Positions 16,441 to 24,667 of a stretch of DNA of 27,918 nt are shown here, piece by piece. Numbering within the stretch: position 1 is the stretch's first letter; the number at the start of each line of letters is the position of its first letter. The notes under the pieces were generated by a model. The model searched no databases. It was not told the origin of the DNA and saw only the letters and a list, made by a program, of their open reading frames with translations. The DNA is from Candidatus Geohabitans tengchongensis. Its GTDB lineage: Bacteria > Sysuimicrobiota > Sysuimicrobiia > Sysuimicrobiales > Humicultoraceae. The DNA lies in NCBI GenBank assembly GCA_031459625.1, contig JAVKIH010000001.1, positions 288,394 through 316,311 of the forward strand, given 5' to 3'. The position numbers and the translations under genes were made by a program.

Positions 16441-17694
16441 ATGGCTACCTACGCGGTCGAGGTCGTCTACCGGGGGATCTTCCAGAAGACCCTGGCCAAG
16501 AACATCACCCGCGGCATCGTGCTGGCCGCGGTGCAGGAGGGCAAGACCGGGATCGCCTTCGGGCGGTACGGGGACAGCCCCGAGCGAAACGGCATCCCGG
16601 CCAAGAACTTCGCCATCGTCGCCGACGACGCGGAGGAGCTCGAGGCCAGCATGGCCCAGTACGAGCCCAAGGCGGTGGACATCACCATCGCCGTGGACGA
16701 CACGCTCTGCAAGGGCGTGGAGTCGTGGGCCTGGTACGGGCTGCAGCCCATCAACCGGCTGACCAAGCCGGGCGGCTACGTCGTCGTCACCACCATGCTC
16801 CCCTTCGAGGAGCTGCTCACGATGACGCACGCCAAGGGCGACCCCTACCACCTGGCCGTGGTGCGCGGGCTGCCGTCGTTTTCGGGACTGTGGGTCTACA
16901 AAGACGACCACACCGACGTGCGCATGCTGGGCGCCATCGCCCGGCTCAAACCGGAACTGCTCTCCCTGGCGGCGGTGGAGGCGGCCATCCGCGAGGAGTG
17001 GGGGGACGAGCTGAAGGTCCTCTCCGCCCGCCGGGCGCACGAGCGGGTCGAGACACTGCTCGTCCCGCCGGGAACCGGGAACCCGGAGACCCCCTACGAG
17101 TTCGAGCTGCCCAGGTGGTGGGAGCTGCGGGAGGGGCTGACCATCCCAGCCATCCGGACCGCTGACGGGGCGGCGGGGGAGGCGTTGGTCGACCCGGCCA
17201 CGGGCACGGCCGGCGGGTGGCGGCCGGCGCGCAACCCGTACTTCAAGAAGTTCACCACCCGCACCATGCGCCCGGTGGTGGACTTCGACACCTGCGTGAA
17301 GTGCACGCTGTGCTGGCTGCAGTGCCCCGACTCCTGCTTCGACGTCACCCCCGACGGCTTCTACGACGCCAACCTGGAGGCGTGCTGCGGCTGCGGCGTG
17401 TGCGAGGCGGTCTGCCCGGTGGCCAACTGCATCACCATGGTCAACGAGGCCGCCTTCACCGACCACCGCAGCCAGTGGGAGATGTGGAAGGCCGACCCGG
17501 CCGCCTACAAGGTGTGGGTGCAGGAGAAAATCCGGCACCGCCCGGAGCGCTCCCACGGCTTCCGCTACCGCGGCCAGTACCAGGAGCAGATCCAGGCCAT
17601 GGTGGCATCCGGCGTGCCGGCCGGCCCGGGCCAGGAGGCGCTGACCGAGCAGGTGGCGCACGACACCGTCGAGCCGAGCGCGGGAGGGAACTGA
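16441..17694 (+). CDS. 2-oxoacid:ferredoxin oxidoreductase fused gamma/delta subunit (oxalate oxidoreductase delta-like)
   Basis: A gamma-type N-terminal domain (YRGIFQK...RYGDSPERNGIP) is fused to two [4Fe-4S] motifs, CVKCTLCWLQCP and CCGCGVCEAVCP. RBS GGAGG. Confidence 0.88.
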   Translation: MATYAVEVVYRGIFQKTLAKNITRGIVLAAVQEGKTGIAFGRYGDSPERNGIPAKNFAIVADDAEELEASMAQYEPKAVDITIAVDDTLCKGVESWAWYGLQPINRLTKPGGYVVVTTMLPFEELLTMTHAKGDPYHLAVVRGLPSFSGLWVYKDDHTDVRMLGAIARLKPELLSLAAVEAAIREEWGDELKVLSARRAHERVETLLVPPGTGNPETPYEFELPRWWELREGLTIPAIRTADGAAGEALVDPATGTAGGWRPARNPYFKKFTTRTMRPVVDFDTCVKCTLCWLQCPDSCFDVTPDGFYDANLEACCGCGVCEAVCPVANCITMVNEAAFTDHRSQWEMWKADPAAYKVWVQEKIRHRPERSHGFRYRGQYQEQIQAMVASGVPAGPGQEALTEQVAHDTVEPSAGGN

Positions 17695-17695
17695 G

Positions 17696-18931
17696 ATGGC
17701 CAGGGTGGTGGAGCCCCGGGTCGCCCCGGGGGTGGAGGAGCAGGAGCGCGAGGAGCTCATCAGCGGCAGCGAGGCCATCGCCGTGGCCTGCAAGCTGGCC
17801 GACGTCGACGTCATCACCGCCTACCCCATCCGCCCCTACGACACGGTGATGCAGTACGTGGCCAAGCTGGTGGCCAACGGCCAGCTCGACTGCGAGTACA
17901 TCGTCGCGGAGAGCGAGCACTCCCAGTTCGAGATCGTCAAGCACGCCTCCGCCGCCGGCGCGCGAGTCTTCTGCGGCAGCAGCGGGGTGGGCTGGATGTA
18001 CGCCTTCGAGGCCCTCACCGTCACCCCGGCGCTGCGCATCCCCATGGTGGCCATGGTGGGCAACCGGGCCCTCGACGACCCGGGCGCCTTCGGCGTCGAG
18101 CACAACGACGCGCTGGCCGTGCGTGACCTGGGGTGGATGCTGGTCTGGGTGGACACGGCCCAGGAGGCCCTGGACACCGCTCTCATCGCCTACCGGGTGG
18201 CCGAGGACCGCCGCGTCTTCCTCCCCTGCGCCATCGCCTGCGACGGGGCCTTCCTCACCCACTCCCAGGCCATCGTGAAGGTCCCCCCGCAGGCGTGGGT
18301 GGACCGCTTCCTCCCGCCCTACGACCGCGGCGACCTGCTCCTCCACCCCGACAACCCTATCACCGTGGCCCCGCAGGTGAACGAGGACTGGCTGATGGAG
18401 CTGCGCAAGCAGAACGACGAAGCGATGAAGCGGGCGCGCACGGTGATCGCCGAGGCCTACCGGGAGTTCGAGGCCATCTTCGGGCGGGCCTACGGCAACC
18501 CGTTCTTCGAGGAGTACCAGACCGCGGATGCCGACGTCGTCCTGGTGGGCATGGGCACCCTCTCCATGCCGGTGAAGGTGGCCATCCGCCGGCTGCGGCA
18601 GGAGGGGCACCGGGTCGGGCTGGTGCGGCTGCGCTGGTTCCGCCCCTTCCCCACCGAGGAGCTGCAGGCGACCCTCAGCCGCTTCCGGGCCGTGGGCGTG
18701 ATCGACCGCGACTACGCCTTCGGGTCCCCCTACACCAGCGGGGTGGTGGCCAACGAGGTGCGGGCGGCGCTCTACGACGCGCCGCAGCGCCCGCCCGTCG
18801 TCGGGTTCATCTCCGGACTGGGCGGCCGCGAGGTCACCGTGCCCGACGTCTACCGCATGGTGGCCCTGCTGGAGCAGGCGGCGGCGGGGACGCGCGTCGC
18901 CCCCACGCACTGGATCGGGATCCGCGAGTAG
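17696..18931 (+). CDS. 2-oxoacid:ferredoxin oxidoreductase alpha subunit (oxalate oxidoreductase alpha-like)
   Basis: DVITAYPIRPY, ESEHS, AGARVFCGSSGVG, NRALDDPGAFG, FRPFP and GLGGRE. Confidence 0.92.
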   Translation: MARVVEPRVAPGVEEQEREELISGSEAIAVACKLADVDVITAYPIRPYDTVMQYVAKLVANGQLDCEYIVAESEHSQFEIVKHASAAGARVFCGSSGVGWMYAFEALTVTPALRIPMVAMVGNRALDDPGAFGVEHNDALAVRDLGWMLVWVDTAQEALDTALIAYRVAEDRRVFLPCAIACDGAFLTHSQAIVKVPPQAWVDRFLPPYDRGDLLLHPDNPITVAPQVNEDWLMELRKQNDEAMKRARTVIAEAYREFEAIFGRAYGNPFFEEYQTADADVVLVGMGTLSMPVKVAIRRLRQEGHRVGLVRLRWFRPFPTEELQATLSRFRAVGVIDRDYAFGSPYTSGVVANEVRAALYDAPQRPPVVGFISGLGGREVTVPDVYRMVALLEQAAAGTRVAPTHWIGIRE

Positions 18932-18945
18932 AGGAGGGAGGAGAC

Positions 18946-19971
18946 ATGGCCGACGCCGTCCAGACGGTGCCGACGCCGACGCTGGAGCCCATCAAGGGCG
19001 TCAAGAAGGTCCCGCTGGAGGAGTACTTCACCTCCGGCCACCGGACCTGCCAGGGGTGTGAGTCGGCCCTGGTGATGAAGCTCATGGTCAAGGCCGCCGG
19101 GCCGCGCACCATCGTGCTGGGGAGCACGGGGTGTATGTACGTGGCCAACACCACCTACTACAGCACCTCCTGGGTGGTCCCCTGGATGCACACCCAGCTC
19201 GGCAGCAGCGGCTCGGCCGGGCTGGGGACGGCGGCGGCGCTGCGGGTCCTCATGCGCAAGGGCAAGCTCAAGCTCGAGCCGATCAACGTCATCGCCTTCT
19301 GCGGCGACGGCGGCGGGGCGGACATGGGACTGTCGGCCATCTCCGCCGCCTTGACCCACACCGACTACAACTTCCTCATCCTCCTCTACGACAACGAGTC
19401 CTACGCCAACACCGACATCCAGCTCTCCGGGCTGACCCCCTACGGGGCCCACACCACCTTCAGCCCGCCGGGGAAGATGAAGCGCATCCTGCACCACCGC
19501 TGGAAGAAGAACGTGGCCGGGATGCTGGCCGCTGGCCATCCGGAGTGCCGCTACGTGGCCACCGTCTGCGCCTCCTACGCCGTGGACATGATGAACAAGG
19601 TCCGCCGGGCGCTCAGCATCGGCGGCCCCACCTTCATCCACTCCCTGGACCCCTGCCCCAAGGGGTGGGACTACGACCCGATGCTCTCCCACGAGCTGGG
19701 GGAGCTGGCCGTGAACACGGGGATCTGGCCGCTCTACGAGGTGGAGGACCACAGGCTCAAGCTGTACGGCCGCACCCGGGCCATCGCCGAGAAGCGGGCC
19801 CGGCGGCTGCCCGTGCGCGACTACCTGCTCAAGCAGGGGCGCTTCGCCCACTTCACCGACGACGACATCGACTACTTCCAGGCGAAGGTGGACGAGATGT
19901 GGGAGCGGTGGATCATCCCCGGCGTCATCCCCTTCGCCAGCGACATCGTGAACGACCGGCCGCCCCAGTGA
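18946..19971 (+). CDS. 2-oxoacid:ferredoxin oxidoreductase beta subunit, TPP-binding (oxalate oxidoreductase beta-like)
   Basis: GHRTCQGC, TGCMYVANT, the TPP motif GDGG...YDNESYANT, and PCPKGW. ATG at 18946 with a strong GGAGG RBS. Confidence 0.93.
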   Translation: MADAVQTVPTPTLEPIKGVKKVPLEEYFTSGHRTCQGCESALVMKLMVKAAGPRTIVLGSTGCMYVANTTYYSTSWVVPWMHTQLGSSGSAGLGTAAALRVLMRKGKLKLEPINVIAFCGDGGGADMGLSAISAALTHTDYNFLILLYDNESYANTDIQLSGLTPYGAHTTFSPPGKMKRILHHRWKKNVAGMLAAGHPECRYVATVCASYAVDMMNKVRRALSIGGPTFIHSLDPCPKGWDYDPMLSHELGELAVNTGIWPLYEVEDHRLKLYGRTRAIAEKRARRLPVRDYLLKQGRFAHFTDDDIDYFQAKVDEMWERWIIPGVIPFASDIVNDRPPQ

Positions 19972-20063
19972 CGGGCGGCCGGTCGGCGCGAAGGGGGTGA
20001 GGCCCGTCGGGAGACCGTGATCTGACCGCGCACCGGGGCACGCGCAGACTCTCGTCAGGGGGG

Positions 20064-21048
20064 GTGAAACCCGTGCGCCAGGAGGACGTGCGGATCGGAA
20101 CCGTGACGCTCCTCGTCCTCGGCCTGCTCGTGGCATTACCGGTGACCGCCGCGCCGGCGTGGGCACCGCGCCGGCCCATCGAGTGGACCATCCCCGCCGG
20201 GACCGGCGGGGGCGCCGACCAGCAGGCGCGCTTCATGGCGCCGCTGATCGAGAAGTACCGCCTCTCCCCGCAGCCCTTCATCCCCGTGAACCGCCCGGCC
20301 GGGGCGGGGGCGCAGGCCTTCCTCTGGATGGTGGACAAGGCCGGGGACCCGCACACCATCCTCATCACCCTGGACAACCTCTTCGCCACCCCCATCGCCC
20401 AGGTGATCCGCAACCGGGACGGGTCCCGCTTCACCTGGCGCTCGCTCACGCCCATCGCCCGCCTCCTGCTCGACAACTTCGTCCTCACCGTGCACCACGA
20501 CGCGCCCTGGAAGACGGTGGCGGAGTTCGAGCGGGCGGCCAAGGCGGCCCCGCGCGGCAGCATCAAGATGGCCGGCACGGGGTCGAAGCAGGAGGACGAG
20601 ATCATCATGGTGATGCTCGAGCAGGCCTGGGGCGTCGACTTCACCTACGTCCCCTTCCCCGGCGGCGGGGCGGTGGCGGCGGCGCTCGTGGGCAAGCAGG
20701 TCGACTTCACCGTGAACAACCCCCTGGAGATGGTGGGGCACTGGGAGGCCGGGCGGGTGCGCCCGCTGGCCATCTTCGCCAGCGAGCGCGTGCCCGTCGC
20801 CCGCTGGCGGGAGATCCCCACCATGCGCGAGCTGGGCTTCCCCATCGAGTACCAGATGCTGCGCGGCATCTTCGGGACGCAGAACATGCCGGCCGAGGCG
20901 GTGGCCTTCTACCAGGAGGTCTTCCGCCGGCTGATGGACACGGAAGAGATGGCCGACTTCATCGAGCGGGGGGCCTTCCTGGCTGGAGAGCAAGGACCGC
21001 ACCGTCCGCGAGCTGATGGTCAAGGGCGGCCTGGCCACCGGCAGCTGA
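20064..21048 (+). pseudogene. tctC: Tripartite tricarboxylate transporter substrate-binding protein TctC with a 3' deletion/frameshift
   Basis: Signal peptide, PAGTGGGAD, VNRPAGAG, YVPFPGGG, PTMRELG and RGIFG. At about 20980 the frame runs into low-complexity sequence (to 21161), while another frame gives a plausible terminal helix WLESKDRTVRELMVKGGLATGS-stop (21048). Confidence 0.8.
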
Positions 21049-21054
21049 GGCGTG

Positions 21055-21086
21055 CCGCGGGGCGGGCCCGTGCGCCCGCCCCGCGG
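21055..21086 (+). terminator. Intercistronic hairpin after tctC
   Basis: CCGCGGGGCGGGC-ccgtgc-GCCCGCCCCGCGG is a perfect 13-bp stem starting 7 nt after the TGA ending at 21048. Confidence 0.6.
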
Positions 21087-21139
21087 GCCGTGACGCGGGC
21101 CGCCCGGGCCGGTGAGGCGGCGCGAGAGGGGGGAGCGAG

Positions 21140-21610
21140 GTGCGACGGGCGGAGGTCCTGATGGCCGCGGGGCTGCTCGCCTTCGCCGTGGTGATGCTCC
21201 GGCAGGCGCTGCACCTGCCGGTGGGCTGGACGGCCACGGGGCCGGGCGCGGGGTTCTTCCCCTTCTGGCTCGCCCTCGGCGTGGGCGTGGTGGCGGTGGT
21301 GCTCCTCTGGCAGGCCGTGCGCGTGCCCGCCGCCGAAGGGGCGCTCGTCCCCGTCGGCGCCTGGAAGCCGCTGCTCGTCGTCTTCCTCCCCATCGTCGCC
21401 ACCATCGCGCTGCTGGGCGTGCTGGGGCTCTACCTGGGCGGGGCGCTCTACCTGGCCGGGTACACGCGCCTGGTGGGACGGCACCGCTGGCCCTTCGTCG
21501 TCGCGGTCAGCGTGCTGGTGCCGCTCGGGCTCTTCCTGATCTTCGAGCGGTGGTTCCTCCTGCCCATGCCCAAGGGCGCAGTCCTGGAGTGGCTCCTCTA
21601 CGGGCGGTGA
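21140..21610 (+). CDS. tctB: Tripartite tricarboxylate transporter small membrane subunit TctB
   Basis: GWTATGPGAGFFPFWL, 4-5 TM helices and IFERWFLLPMPKG. It lies between tctC and tctA. Confidence 0.9.
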   Translation: MRRAEVLMAAGLLAFAVVMLRQALHLPVGWTATGPGAGFFPFWLALGVGVVAVVLLWQAVRVPAAEGALVPVGAWKPLLVVFLPIVATIALLGVLGLYLGGALYLAGYTRLVGRHRWPFVVAVSVLVPLGLFLIFERWFLLPMPKGAVLEWLLYGR

Positions 21611-21614
21611 GCCG

Positions 21615-23153
21615 GTGGCCCTGCTGAACGTCTTCGCCGATCTGCTCTACGGGCTGGGGGTGGCCGCCACCCCGTACAACCTGACCGTGGCCGTCATCGG
21701 CCTGCTGCTGGGCACCGCCATCGGGGTGCTGCCGGGCCTCGGGGGGACGAACGGGGTGGCGCTGTTGCTGCCGCTCACCTTCAACCTGACGCCCACCGCG
21801 GCGATCATCCTGCTGGCCTCGGTGTACTGGGGGGCGATCTTCGGGGGCGCCATCACCTCCATTCTCTTCAACATCCCCGGCGAGCCCTGGTCGGTGGCCA
21901 CCACCTTCGACGGCCACCCCCTGGCCAAGCAGGGGCGGGCAGGGATGGCCCTCACCGCGGCGTTCACCTCCTCCTTCATCGGCGCGCTGGTCGCCATCGT
22001 CCTCTTCACCTTCTTCGCGCCCCCGCTGGCGGAGTGGGCGCTGCGCTTCGGACCGCCGGAGAACTTCGCGGTGCTCATGCTCGCCTTCGCCACCTTCGCC
22101 GGGCTCGGGGGCGGGAAGCCCGCCAAGACCATCCTCATGACCCTGCTGGGGCTGCTCCTCAGCACCATGGGGTTCGACATCGTCACCGGCCAGCCGCGCA
22201 TGCACTTTGGGCTCGTCTCCCTGCAGAGCGGCATCAACTTCATCGTCATCGCCATCGGCCTCTTCGGCCTGGGGGAGATCTTCCTCACGGTGGAGGAGGG
22301 GCTGCGGCTGGAGGGGGTCCGGGGGCGCATCAGTTTCCGCGACCTGTGGGAGACCTGGGCCCGTTTCCCTCGGTACGTCGCCACCCTGGTGCGGGCCACG
22401 CTGCTCGGCTTCTGGATCGGCGTCCTCCCGGGGACGGGGGCCACCCCGGCGTCCTTCATGAGCTACGGCCTGGCCAAGCAGCTGAGCAAGGAGCCGGAGA
22501 AGTTCGGTAAAGGCTCGGTCGAGGGGGTGGTGGCGCCGGAGACGGCGGCGCACGCCGCGGGCATTGGGGCGCTGCTGCCCATGGTGACGCTGGGCATCCC
22601 CGGCTCGCCGACGGCGGCAGTGATGCTGGCGGGGTTCTTCATCTGGGGGCTCAACCCCGGGCCGCTGCTCTTCACCACCCAGCGGGAGTTCGTCTGGGGG
22701 CTCATCGGCTCGATGTACCTGGCCAACGTCATCGGCGTGCTCATCGTGCTCACGCTGGTGCCGGCCTTTGCCGCGATCAACCGCATCCCCTTCGCGCTGC
22801 TGGCCCCGCTCATCGTCATCCTCTCCAGCATCGGTGCCTACGCGGTGAACAACCAGACCCTGGACCTGTGGATCATGCTGGGGGCCGGGGTGGCCGGCTA
22901 CCTGTTCAGGAAGCTGGACTACCCGCTGGCGCCGCTGGTGGTCGCCCTGGTGCTGGGCGACATGACGGAGCAGGCGCTGCGCCAGTCGCTGATCATGGGG
23001 CAGGGATCCTTTGCCATCTTCGTCACACGGCCGATCGCCCTGGCCTTCCTGGCCGGGGCGGCGGTGCTGTTCCTGCTCCCCCTCTACCGCGCCCTGCGCA
23101 ACGGCCGGCGCCCGCGGCCGCTGCGGCCGGCCGAGGCCAAACTCGAAGCTTAA
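21615..23153 (+). CDS. tctA: Tripartite tricarboxylate transporter large membrane subunit TctA
   Basis: IGVLPGLG, SILFNIPGEP, TFDGHPLAKQG, GVVAPETA, TLGIPGS and PLVVALVLG. Confidence 0.95.
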   Translation: MALLNVFADLLYGLGVAATPYNLTVAVIGLLLGTAIGVLPGLGGTNGVALLLPLTFNLTPTAAIILLASVYWGAIFGGAITSILFNIPGEPWSVATTFDGHPLAKQGRAGMALTAAFTSSFIGALVAIVLFTFFAPPLAEWALRFGPPENFAVLMLAFATFAGLGGGKPAKTILMTLLGLLLSTMGFDIVTGQPRMHFGLVSLQSGINFIVIAIGLFGLGEIFLTVEEGLRLEGVRGRISFRDLWETWARFPRYVATLVRATLLGFWIGVLPGTGATPASFMSYGLAKQLSKEPEKFGKGSVEGVVAPETAAHAAGIGALLPMVTLGIPGSPTAAVMLAGFFIWGLNPGPLLFTTQREFVWGLIGSMYLANVIGVLIVLTLVPAFAAINRIPFALLAPLIVILSSIGAYAVNNQTLDLWIMLGAGVAGYLFRKLDYPLAPLVVALVLGDMTEQALRQSLIMGQGSFAIFVTRPIALAFLAGAAVLFLLPLYRALRNGRRPRPLRPAEAKLEA

Positions 23154-23195
23154 CCCGCGCCCCGTCAGGACACGGCCTCCTGCTATCCTACTCTT

Positions 23196-23227
23196 CTGTC
23201 CGGCCCGACTATCCTGTCCGGCCCGAC
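23196..23227. repeat. Direct repeat, 2 x 14 bp (18-bp period), upstream of apgM
   Basis: CTGTCCGGCCCGAC occurs at 23196-23209 and 23214-23227. Confidence 0.8.
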
Positions 23228-23268
23228 CGCGGTGGCCAGCACTCTCCTCATGACCCGGAGGCGCGACG

Positions 23269-24552
23269 ATGGCAGCCGGTCCCGCCAGGAAGATCCTCTA
23301 CGTGGTCCTCGACGGCGCCGGGGACCGGCCCGCCGCCGCCCTGGGCGGCCGGACCCCGCTGGCCGCCGCCCAGACGCCCCACCTCGACCGGCTGGCCGCC
23401 CGGGGCCAGCTCGGGCTGGTCTACACCGTCGGCCCGGAGATCGCGCCGGAGTCGGACGTGGCCGTCACCGCCATCCTCGGCTACGACCCGCACACCGCCC
23501 ACGTCGGCCGCGGCCCGCTCGAAGCCCTGGGCGCAGGGGTCCGGTTTCGGGAAGGCGACCTGGCGCTGCGCGGCAACTTCGCCACGCTGGGCAGCGGGTG
23601 GCGGATCGTCGACCGCCGCGTCGGCCGCACCCTGACGGCGGAGGAGGCCCGGGCCCTGGCGGAGGCGGTGACGGCGGAGGTCCGGTTGGACGAGGTCCCG
23701 GCCGAGGTGGAGGTGCGCGCGTCCGTCGGACATCGGTGCGCGGTCGTCCTGCGACGCCGGGACGGCCGCTTTTCCGCTGCGGTGAGCAACACCGATCCGG
23801 CCTACGGGCGCGTCGGCGGGCTGGGCGTGGCGCGGGCGGCCGCGGGCGACGAGGTGGAGGAGGCCCGCCCGCTCGACGACACCCCCGAGGCCCGCGCCGC
23901 CGCCGTGGCGATGAACGAGTTCACGCGCCGCGTGCGCGAGCTCCTCGACCGCCACCCCGTGAATGCGCGCCGCCGCGCCGAAGGCCAGCTCCCTGCCAAC
24001 ATCATCCTCCTGCGGGATGCCGGCGACCGCCTGCCCGCCGTCCCCCCGATGGCGGAGCGCTTCGGGGTCCGGCTGGGGTGCGTCGTGGAGATGCCGGTGG
24101 AGCGCGGCATCGCCCGCATGCTGGGGATGGACGTGGTGGAGATCGCCCCGGGGGCCGGGTACCGCGCCTGGGCGACCACGGCGCGCGAGGCCCTTCGGGC
24201 CTGCGACGGGCTCTACCTCCACCTGAAGGGGCCCGACGAGCCCGGCCACGACGGGGACGCGGCGCGGAAGGTGGAGAGCCTAGAACGGATCGACGCGGAG
24301 TTCTTCGGGCCGCTGCTCGATCAGGCGGAGCGCGACTGGCTGTGGGCGGTGACCGCCGACCACGCCACGCCGGTGGAGGCCCGTGCCCACACCGCCGACC
24401 CGGTGCCGCTGCTGGTGGCGCCGCTCGATCCCCCCGACGGTGGGCGCTTCACCGAAGCGGACGCGGCGCGGGGGTCGCTCGGCACGCGGCGCGGCGTCGA
24501 CATCCTCCCGCTGCTGGTACGCCTGGCGCGGCAGAGCCCCGGCCCGGCGTGA
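23269..24552 (+). CDS. apgM: Cofactor-independent phosphoglycerate mutase, ApgM (archaeal-type) family
   Basis: LDGAGDRP, TPL..A.TPHLD, PESDVA (catalytic Ser), GRGPLEALG, HLKGPDEPGHDG, TADHATP and HTADPVP. Confidence 0.9.
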   Translation: MAAGPARKILYVVLDGAGDRPAAALGGRTPLAAAQTPHLDRLAARGQLGLVYTVGPEIAPESDVAVTAILGYDPHTAHVGRGPLEALGAGVRFREGDLALRGNFATLGSGWRIVDRRVGRTLTAEEARALAEAVTAEVRLDEVPAEVEVRASVGHRCAVVLRRRDGRFSAAVSNTDPAYGRVGGLGVARAAAGDEVEEARPLDDTPEARAAAVAMNEFTRRVRELLDRHPVNARRRAEGQLPANIILLRDAGDRLPAVPPMAERFGVRLGCVVEMPVERGIARMLGMDVVEIAPGAGYRAWATTAREALRACDGLYLHLKGPDEPGHDGDAARKVESLERIDAEFFGPLLDQAERDWLWAVTADHATPVEARAHTADPVPLLVAPLDPPDGGRFTEADAARGSLGTRRGVDILPLLVRLARQSPGPA

Positions 24553-24655
24553 GGGCGGCCGCGGCGGCGCACGGGCGGCCGCGGCGGTGTGACCGCCGGG
24601 CGCGGCGCTGTGACCGCCGGGCGCGGCGCTGTGACCGCCGGGCGCGGCGCTGTGA
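24553..24655. repeat. Compound tandem repeat (minisatellite) between convergent genes
   Basis: GGGCGGCCGCGGCGG occurs twice (24553 and 24573). TGTGACCGCCGGGCGCGGCGC then occurs as 3 exact copies (24588-24650) plus a partial TGTGA. Confidence 0.92.
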
Positions 24656-24667
24656 GGGTGCGCGCCG

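Noticed and set aside
10998..18945. Long N-terminal extensions on ddl, pdxA, sufT and the beta subunit in the ORF track, read as fusions
   Set aside because: The extensions overlap neighbouring genes in other frames. Internal starts with an RBS or GTGA coupling (11535, 12710, 15578, 18946) explain the genes.
23269..24552. ApgM-like gene as part of a phosphonate pathway or of the oxidoreductase module
   Set aside because: The mutase motifs are canonical, no PEP mutase or other phosphonate genes are present, and a distinct spacer separates it from tctA.
24588..24655. 21-bp repeats as a CRISPR array
   Set aside because: The units are directly adjacent with no spacers, and there are no cas genes in the window.
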